A stretch of 64,000 bases of DNA from the NCBI GenBank assembly GCA_963716175.1, contig OY970296.1, forward strand, positions 3,488,001 through 3,552,000. The letters are read 5' to 3'. Shown here in pieces: positions 57,219 to 64,000 of this stretch. The stretch's first letter is position 1. Every line of letters begins with the position of its first letter. The notes under the pieces were generated by a model. It ran no database searches. It worked only from the letters and a program-made list of their open reading frames with translations, and was not told the DNA's origin. This DNA is from an uncultured Armatimonadetes bacterium. GTDB taxonomy: Bacteria; Armatimonadota; Hebobacteria; Hebobacterales; Hebobacteraceae. The position numbers and the translations under genes are program-made.

Positions 57219-58460
57219 ATGGGAAAGGGCGGAACTCGCGACTGGCGTCGGCTTCTCATCACCCTCGGCGTGGTGCTGGCGCTGGCCCAACTGTTCCGCG
57301 CTTTCCACGGAGCACAGACCCGGTTCATCGCCAATGACGGCGACTGGTACTACGCTCACCTTGCCTCCCTGTACTTCGACCACGATCTCGATCTGAGCAA
57401 TCAGATGGCGACCTGGCAGAAGACGGTGGGGGGGCCGCCGCTCGCGGTGGCGACCGGGCGCCCGACGCCCACCGCGTTCACGGTGGGACCGGCGGTGCTG
57501 TGGCTCCCCGCGTTCGCGCTGGCCGATGCTGTGGTGTGGGTGGCTGATAAGGTCCGGCCTCTGATACCCCGCAACGGCTGCAGCATGCCGTATCAGCTTG
57601 CAGTGGCCTGGGCCACGCTGCTCTACGGCCTGATCGGCGTGTGGTTCTCCTTCCAGGCCGCGCTCTGGTGGTGTGGAAGCGAGATGAGGCGGTGGCGAGA
57701 CGGCCCGGCGCTGGCGATTGCTGCCTCCCTCCTGGCCAGCCCCGCGCTCTACTATCTGTTCTTCGAGCCCACCATGGCCCATGGCCTCAGCATCTTCACG
57801 GCCTCGCTTCTGGTCTGGCTGTGGCTGAGGACGGGTCATTCCGGCCGCTGGTGGCGATGGGCCCTGGTCGGTCTCGCCGGGGGGCTGTGCGCGCTGATCC
57901 GGCCCCAGGATGGCATCTTGCTGCTGCTGCCCGCGAGCACCATCTTGCTGTTCCGGTCGTCCGGCCTGCTGGTGCGAGCAAGCGCCCTGGTCGCGGGCGC
58001 CGCCATTGCCTTCCTACCCCAGGCCCTGGTCTGGCAGGCCACCTTCGGGCGGCCTGTGGCCCTGCCTCAGGGACCTGACTTTCTGGTCTGGATCAGGCCG
58101 GCCCTGCTCCAGGTCTGGTTCTCGCCTCACCATGGGCTGTTCACTTGGACCCCGATCTGGCTCGCCGGATTGGTGGGCCTGCGCTTCGTCCCGCCGGAGA
58201 GGCGGCGAGACAGCGTCGCCCTGCTCCTGGTCTTTCTGCTGGAATCTTATGTGAACGCTGCCGCCCGCGACTGGTGGGCCGGCGACGCGTTCGGTGCCCG
58301 GCGTTTCCTCGGCCTTTTCCCTGTCTTCGCCCTCGGGCTCAGCTCACTCGCGTGCTGCCTGAGTCGGCGATCTTACGCCTACGCGGCGGCGGGCATCACC
58401 ATCGCCGCCAATCTTGCTCTCATGGCGGCCTATGTGACCGGGCGCATTCCGCACGGGTGA
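57219..58460 (+). CDS. GT-C superfamily membrane glycosyltransferase-like protein
   Basis: NDGDWYY..FDHDLDL, multiple TMs, HGLFTWTP, WWAGDAFGARRF. Confidence 0.75.
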   Translation: MGKGGTRDWRRLLITLGVVLALAQLFRAFHGAQTRFIANDGDWYYAHLASLYFDHDLDLSNQMATWQKTVGGPPLAVATGRPTPTAFTVGPAVLWLPAFALADAVVWVADKVRPLIPRNGCSMPYQLAVAWATLLYGLIGVWFSFQAALWWCGSEMRRWRDGPALAIAASLLASPALYYLFFEPTMAHGLSIFTASLLVWLWLRTGHSGRWWRWALVGLAGGLCALIRPQDGILLLLPASTILLFRSSGLLVRASALVAGAAIAFLPQALVWQATFGRPVALPQGPDFLVWIRPALLQVWFSPHHGLFTWTPIWLAGLVGLRFVPPERRRDSVALLLVFLLESYVNAAARDWWAGDAFGARRFLGLFPVFALGLSSLACCLSRRSYAYAAAGITIAANLALMAAYVTGRIPHG

Positions 58461-58513
58461 GGGTGATCGCCGGCCGCGAGGAGGAACCTCCGCCGCTGCC
58501 GAAGCCTGGTGGC

Positions 58514-59074
58514 GTGAAGATCGCCGTCGGCCTGGGCAACCCGGGAATCACCTACCGCAGAACCCGGCACAATATCGGTTACCTGGTGCTGAACGCGCTG
58601 GCCCGGCAGCGCGACATCCGCATTCGTCGCGGCCGGTTCCGATGCAGCCAGGGCGAAGGCGAGATCGGCAAGGAGCAGGTAGTGCTGGCGCGGCCTCTAA
58701 CCTTCATGAACGAGAGCGGGGCCTGCGTCGCCGGCCTGGTGCGGCACTTCGACTGCGCCCTCGGCGACCTGCTGGTGGTCTGCGATGATGTCAATCTCGA
58801 TCTCGGGAAGATGCGCCTGCGGCGAGCCGGGAGCGCGGGAGGCCACAAAGGCCTGATCTCCATCATCCAGCACCTGCACAGCGAGGAGTTCCCGCGGCTG
58901 CGCATCGGTATCAACCGCCCGCCCGAGGGGATGGACATGATGAGTTATGTGTTGGGGCCCTTCCGCCGGGGCGAGTGGCCGACGGTGAACGAGACCATCG
59001 CCCGGGCGGCGCAAGCCGTCGAGACCTGGGTCTATCACGGGATCGAAGAGGCGATGAACCGGTTCAACGCCTAG
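58514..59074 (+). CDS. pth: peptidyl-tRNA hydrolase
   Basis: VGLGNPG, TRHNIG, TFMNESG, GSAGGHKG, RLRIGI. Confidence 0.95.
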   Translation: MKIAVGLGNPGITYRRTRHNIGYLVLNALARQRDIRIRRGRFRCSQGEGEIGKEQVVLARPLTFMNESGACVAGLVRHFDCALGDLLVVCDDVNLDLGKMRLRRAGSAGGHKGLISIIQHLHSEEFPRLRIGINRPPEGMDMMSYVLGPFRRGEWPTVNETIARAAQAVETWVYHGIEEAMNRFNA

Positions 59075-59201
59075 AAGCTGTTTCATAACCTTCCCAGGGA
59101 AGGTTATGAAACAGCACCGCACAACCTCAGGCCGTGGTAGGCGCATTTCATGCGAGGGCGCGGTGCGGCCAGCCAGCAGATAGGTTACGAAATGCGCTCT
59201 A
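59072..59201 (+). mobile_element. 130-bp MITE copy 3
   Basis: More diverged copy; begins in the pth stop codon; CTAG context on both sides. Confidence 0.85.
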
Positions 59202-59258
59202 GGCCCGCCTGCGGCGGGCCGGCGCGGCGGTGCGGACCGAGCACCTAGCCACTGAGAG

Positions 59259-60038
59259 GTGAGCATGAAGAGTATCAGGCAGCGGGTGTTGAGTGGTGAA
59301 CTCATGGTCGGGACCTGGCTCAATCTCGGCTCCAGCCTCACCGCCGAGATTGCGGGCAGGGCAGGATTCGACTGGGTGCTGGTTGACCTGGAGCACGGCG
59401 CGGGGGATCACGAGAGCCTGGTGCACCAGTTGCAGGCAGTGGAAGGCACGCCGGCGGCGGCGCTGGTGCGCATCGCTTGGAACGAGCCCGCGCGCTTCAA
59501 GCGGGTGCTCGACCTGGGGGCTTCCGGCATCGTGGTGCCCTGGGTGACCACGGCAGCGGAGGCCGCGCAGGCGGTGGCCGCCATGCGCTATCCGCCGCAG
59601 GGGATCAGAGGCGTGGCCAAGCTGAACCGCGCCAACGCCTTCGGCGAGGGCTTCGAGCATTACCTGGCCACCGCCAATGAGGAGCTTCTCACCGTGGTGC
59701 AGATCGAGACCGAACCGACGCTTGAGCGCGTGGGCGAGATCGCGGCCGTGGATGGAGTGGATGTGCTCTTCGTGGGCCCCCTCGACCTGAGCGTCAGCCT
59801 GGGCATCCCCCAGCAGTTCGACCATCCCAGCTTTCGCGTCGCCCTGGCGAAGGTGGTCTCGGCCGCACGGGCGGCCGGCAAGGCCGCGGGTATCTTGCTG
59901 GCCCGACCCGAGCAGGTGGCGCAGACCGTGGCCGATGGCTTCACCTTCGTGGGCCTGGGCTCGGACGGCGGCCTGATGGCCGAGGGCATGAAGCGGCTGG
60001 CCGCCGCTCTGCTCAGCCACAAACAGAGCCCAGCGTGA
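59259..60038 (+). CDS. HpcH/HpaI aldolase family protein
   Basis: FDWVLVDLEHG, RYPPQGIRG, QIET, FVGPLDLS. Confidence 0.9.
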   Translation: MSMKSIRQRVLSGELMVGTWLNLGSSLTAEIAGRAGFDWVLVDLEHGAGDHESLVHQLQAVEGTPAAALVRIAWNEPARFKRVLDLGASGIVVPWVTTAAEAAQAVAAMRYPPQGIRGVAKLNRANAFGEGFEHYLATANEELLTVVQIETEPTLERVGEIAAVDGVDVLFVGPLDLSVSLGIPQQFDHPSFRVALAKVVSAARAAGKAAGILLARPEQVAQTVADGFTFVGLGSDGGLMAEGMKRLAAALLSHKQSPA

Positions 60039-61000
60039 ACCGGGCCAGAATCGCGGCGACAGGCCCGGTGGATCCGATCGCGGCCGAGATTCTGGCGCCC
60101 TTCGGCGAGATCGTGACTGCGGCCAACACTAGCATGCAGTCACTGCTTCCACTCCTGAAAGGCGCGGTGGCCCTGATCGTCCGCGGCGATGGCCTGGCGA
60201 ATGCGAGCATCATCGAGGCCGCTACGGATCTGAAGGTGATCGGGCGTACCGGCGTCGGCCACGACAATGTGGACATTGCCGCCGCTACCCGCCGGGGGAT
60301 ACCAGTGGTCTTCACACCGGGAGCGTCCGATAGGGCCGTCGCCGAGGGAGCGTTGGCGCTGATGCTGGCCCTGTGCAAGAACCTGTCCTACTGGGATCGG
60401 CAACTCAAGCAGGGGAACTGGCAGAGCCGGCACCAGTCCCGGCCCAGGGACCTGGATGGAGCGACCCTGGGCATCATCGGATTCGGCCGCATCGGGCAGA
60501 TGCTGGCCGCGCTGGTGCGGCCGTTCAACATGACTACCGTGGCCTACGATCCCTATGTCCCCGCGGAGAAGGCGGAAGCGGTCGGGGCCAAGCTGGCTGA
60601 TCTCGATGTGCTGCTCAGAAGCTCTGACTTCATCTCCCTCCACGCTGCCCTCACGGACGAAACGCGGGGCCTGATCAACCGCGAGCGGGTGGCCCTGGTG
60701 AAGCCCGGCGCCTATCTCATCAACCTGGCGCGGGGTGGGATCGTCGCCAGCCTGGACGTCCTCTATCAGGCCTTGCAGGAGGGCCGGCTGGCCGGAGTCG
60801 GGCTGGACGTGTTCGACCCCGAGCCGCCCGATGTGAGCCATCCCATCTTCAAGCTGCCCAACTGCCTCGCCTCGCCGCATGCCCTGGCCATGTCCGAGGG
60901 AGCCATGAAACGAATCTTCAGCTCCATGGCCGAGGACATGGCCGCGGTGCTGCGAGGTGAGCGCCCGCGCTTCGTAGTGAACCCGGAGGTGCTCGGGTAG
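60035..61000 (+). CDS. D-isomer 2-hydroxyacid dehydrogenase
   Basis: GVGHDNVD, GIIGFGRIG, INLARG, LDVFDPEP, SPH. Confidence 0.9.
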   Translation: MNRARIAATGPVDPIAAEILAPFGEIVTAANTSMQSLLPLLKGAVALIVRGDGLANASIIEAATDLKVIGRTGVGHDNVDIAAATRRGIPVVFTPGASDRAVAEGALALMLALCKNLSYWDRQLKQGNWQSRHQSRPRDLDGATLGIIGFGRIGQMLAALVRPFNMTTVAYDPYVPAEKAEAVGAKLADLDVLLRSSDFISLHAALTDETRGLINRERVALVKPGAYLINLARGGIVASLDVLYQALQEGRLAGVGLDVFDPEPPDVSHPIFKLPNCLASPHALAMSEGAMKRIFSSMAEDMAAVLRGERPRFVVNPEVLG

Positions 61001-61294
61001 TCTGCGGCGGGTGTCATCGGCTTCTCGGGCTCTACCGCAGACGCCTCCGGTGTCAGGCTGAGTCCGCCAGAGGCGGACGAAGCATCACGCCGCGCGGAAG
61101 AGCCGAACGGCGGGATTCTTCGCTTCCTCCTTCTCCGAGGCTTCGCAGCACGAGCCGCTCAGAATGACAGCTGACGCGGGCCTGGCTCCTGCGATCACGT
61201 CCCGGCGGCCTCAACATTGACAACCTCCTCCGCCTTCGGGCATAATCCGGGTGCGCCGCGCGGGGCGGCGCATATCCTTCTGGGAGGATTCAGC

Positions 61295-62443
61295 GTGGAA
61301 GAGAAGCAGCTCTTGATGATCCCTGGCCCGACGCCGGTGCCGCAGTCCATCTTGCTGGCCGGGGCCAAACCGATGATCAACCACCGCGGCCCGGAGTTCA
61401 AGGCCGCCTTGGAGGAGTGCACCCAGGGCCTGAAGCGAGTCTTCCAAACCTCACATGAGGTCTATATCCTGACCGCCTCCGGCACCGGGGGCCTGGAGGC
61501 GGCCGTGGTGAACACGCTCTCGCCCGGCGATCCGGTGCTGTCCGTCAGCATCGGGGTGTTCGGCGATCGCTTCGCCACCATTGCCTCCACCTACGGCGCG
61601 AAGGTCGAGAAGCTGGACTTCGAGATGGGCACGGCCGCCGATCCGGCCAAGATTCGGGAGCGCCTCGCGGCCGACAAGAAGAAGGAGATCAAGGCTGTCC
61701 TGGTCACCCAGAACGAGACTTCCACTGGCGTGACCAATGACCTCAAGACCATCGGCAGCGTGGTGCACGAGCATGGTGCCCTCCTCTTGGTGGATGGCAT
61801 CAGCTCTGTGGTGGCGATGGACTGCCAGATGGACGCGTGGCACGTGGATGTGCTGGTCGCGGGCTCTCAGAAAGCCTTTATGATCCCGCCCGGGCTCTGC
61901 TTCATCGCCGTCAACGACCGCGCCCAGGCAGCGATGCAGCAGGCGAAGATGCCGCGGTTCTACTTCGACTTGGGCCAGGCGAAGCGGTACCTGGCCGAAG
62001 GGCAGACTCCGTGGACACCAGCCGTGCCCCAGGTGCTGCAGCTGCGGGAGGCCTTGAAGCTGCTGGAGAAGGAGGGGCTAAGGAACTGCATCGCCCGCCA
62101 CGCCAGGCTGGCAAGGGCTACTCGCGAGGGGGTGAAAGCCCTGGGCCTGAAGCTGCTCGCCGACGAGTCCTGCGCCAGCAATGCCGTCACCTCCGTGCGC
62201 AACCCGGAGGGAGTGGATGGCGCGGCCCTGCGCAAGGTGATGCGAGAGAAGTACGGCGTGGTGCTGGCCGGCGGACAGGGCGCCCTGCGCAATGATATCT
62301 TCCGCATCGGGCATCTCGGGTTGGTCAGCGAGACCGATATCATCGCGGTGCTGGGGACACTGGGCCTGGCGCTCAAAGAGCTGGGTGCAGAGGTGGATCC
62401 GGGGGCTGGAGTGACTGCCGCAGTGGCCGTGTTCGGGGGCTGA
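61295..62443 (+). CDS. class V (alanine-glyoxylate/serine) aminotransferase
   Basis: MIPGPT, HRGPEF, SGTG, NETSTG, GSQKA, FRIGH; upstream of serA. Confidence 0.9.
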   Translation: MEEKQLLMIPGPTPVPQSILLAGAKPMINHRGPEFKAALEECTQGLKRVFQTSHEVYILTASGTGGLEAAVVNTLSPGDPVLSVSIGVFGDRFATIASTYGAKVEKLDFEMGTAADPAKIRERLAADKKKEIKAVLVTQNETSTGVTNDLKTIGSVVHEHGALLLVDGISSVVAMDCQMDAWHVDVLVAGSQKAFMIPPGLCFIAVNDRAQAAMQQAKMPRFYFDLGQAKRYLAEGQTPWTPAVPQVLQLREALKLLEKEGLRNCIARHARLARATREGVKALGLKLLADESCASNAVTSVRNPEGVDGAALRKVMREKYGVVLAGGQGALRNDIFRIGHLGLVSETDIIAVLGTLGLALKELGAEVDPGAGVTAAVAVFGG

Positions 62444-62446
62444 GGG

Positions 62447-64000
62447 ATGGCACGGACGTGGCGGGTTCTGGTCAGCGACCAGCTCTCCGAGGAAGGGCTT
62501 GCCGCCCTACGGGGCGATAACCAGGTCGAGGTGGTGGTGAAGACCGGCCTGGCGCCCGAGGAGCTGAAGCAGGAGATCGCCGAGGCCCATGCGCTGCTGG
62601 TGCGGAGCGCGACCAAGGTTACGGCAGAGGTGATCGCGGCCGGGGCAAAGCTGATGGTGATCGGGCGCGCCGGGGTGGGAGTGGACAACATTGACGTGCC
62701 GGCCGCCACCCGCCGCGGCATCGTGGTCTGCAACTCCCCCGAGGGCAACACCGTGGCCGCCGCCGAGCACACCTGGGCCCTCATCCTGGCGCTCGCCCGC
62801 AGCATTCCCGCGGCCAGCGCCTCGGTGGCCGCGGGTGAGTGGAAGCGCAGCGCCTTCATGGGTGTGGAGCTGTTCAACAAGACCCTGGGGGTCATCGGGC
62901 TGGGCAAGATCGGAAGAGAAGTCGCCCTGCGCGCCGCCGCCTTCGGCATGAGGGTCGTAGCTGACGATCCCTTCGTCTCTGCCGACCAGGCCGCTCGCCT
63001 GGGGACGGAGATCGTGGCGCTCCCGGAACTGCTGGCACGCTCCGATTTCATCACCATCCACGTGCCCCTCAATCGCGATACGCGGCATCTCCTGGATGCG
63101 GCTGCGCTGGCTCAGGTCAAGCCCGGGGTGCGCATTATCAACTGCGCGCGAGGAGGCATTGTGGACGAGGCCGCCCTGGCGCGGGCCATCAAGGAGGGGC
63201 GAGTGGCCGGGGCGGGCCTGGATGTGTTCGAGAAGGAGCCGCCGGCCGATAGCTCGCTGCTAGGCCTGAGCAATGTGGTGCTCACCCCGCACTTGGGCGC
63301 CTCCACCGAGGAAGCGCAGCTCAAGGTGGCGGTGGACGTGGCGCAGCAGGTGCTGGACGTGCTGCATGGGAGGCCGGCGCGGAGCGCGGTCAACGTGCTG
63401 CCTGTCAGCGCCGAGTCCATGCGCACGCTGGAGCCCTACCTCCCGCTCGCCGAGAAGATGGGGCGGCTTCAGGGCCAGCTCGCGGAGGGTCCGCTCACTG
63501 TGGTGGAGCTGATCTATGCGGGCCAGTTAGCGGAAGAGGACTCCCGGCTGCTCACTCCGGCATTTCTGAAGGGGATGCTGGAGCCCGTCCTGGATGAGCC
63601 GGTCAACCTGGTGAACGCGGCCCTGGTGGCTCAGGCGCGAGGCATCAGGGTAGTCGAGTCTCGCAGCCGCGAGGCGGAGGACTTCGTCAGTTTGATCACC
63701 TCGCGAGCCAGTACGGAGGAGGCGGAGCGAGTGATCGCCGGGACTCTGTTCGGGCGGAGCGAACCCCGCATCGTGCTGATGGACCGCTACCGCGTGGACT
63801 TTGTTCCCTCCGGCTATATGCTGGTCTCGATGCACATTGATAAGCCCGGCATCATCGGCAAGGTCGGCACGCTGCTGGGCCAGCATAGCATCAACATCGC
63901 CGGCATGCAGGTAGGCCGGGGCCAGCCCAAACCTGGCGGGCTGTCGGTGATGGTGTTGGCCCTGGACAACCCGGTGCCGCCCGAGGTCCTGGCCCAGTTG
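62447..64000 (+). CDS. serA: D-3-phosphoglycerate dehydrogenase (3'-truncated by window; absent from the ORF track)
   Basis: Manual translation: VRSATKV, GRAGVGVDNID, AAEH, TPHLGAST, VNLVNA, ACT domain DKPGIIG. Confidence 0.92.
   Translation, partial: MARTWRVLVSDQLSEEGLAALRGDNQVEVVVKTGLAPEELKQEIAEAHALLVRSATKVTAEVIAAGAKLMVIGRAGVGVDNIDVPAATRRGIVVCNSPEGNTVAAAEHTWALILALARSIPAASASVAAGEWKRSAFMGVELFNKTLGVIGLGKIGREVALRAAAFGMRVVADDPFVSADQAARLGTEIVALPELLARSDFITIHVPLNRDTRHLLDAAALAQVKPGVRIINCARGGIVDEAALARAIKEGRVAGAGLDVFEKEPPADSSLLGLSNVVLTPHLGASTEEAQLKVAVDVAQQVLDVLHGRPARSAVNVLPVSAESMRTLEPYLPLAEKMGRLQGQLAEGPLTVVELIYAGQLAEEDSRLLTPAFLKGMLEPVLDEPVNLVNAALVAQARGIRVVESRSREAEDFVSLITSRASTEEAERVIAGTLFGRSEPRIVLMDRYRVDFVPSGYMLVSMHIDKPGIIGKVGTLLGQHSINIAGMQVGRGQPKPGGLSVMVLALDNPVPPEVLAQL

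Overview
High-GC bacterial chromosomal window. Armatimonadota-like by gene content, which is inference only. The housekeeping backbone contains ispG, a PilB/GspE ATPase, SpoIID, an RsmC-like methyltransferase, an M42 peptidase, tldD/tldE, two URO-D-family genes, a two-component system, lemA-htpX, a complete trpEGDCFBA operon with a leader-peptide attenuator, deoC, recO, polX, HU, tRNA-Pro, 6S RNA, amrS, an ubiB-like kinase, maf, mreC, pncB, tRNA-Arg, pth and serA. The main accessory feature is a precisely bounded 12,265-bp Mu/Tn7-superfamily transposon (18556-30820) with TGT...ACA ends, a 5-bp GCTGG target duplication and repeated end sites. It encodes a DDE transposase and an AAA+ ATPase but no recognisable TnsA, TniQ, Cas, capsid, terminase, portal, tail tube or lysis genes. 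Its cargo is four copies of a tail-assembly-chaperone-like domain, a short tape-measure-like protein, a structured leader RNA of about 300 nt, several excisionase/XRE HTH proteins and three DUF1016-N-like proteins. This suggests a transposable phage satellite or tail-interference element. Also present are a 130-bp TA-targeting MITE in three copies, REP-like repeats, an SOS-like promoter driving a catalytically dead Y-family polymerase, and four single-base frameshifts that are probably assembly errors. All family assignments come from motif recognition by eye; no searches were run.
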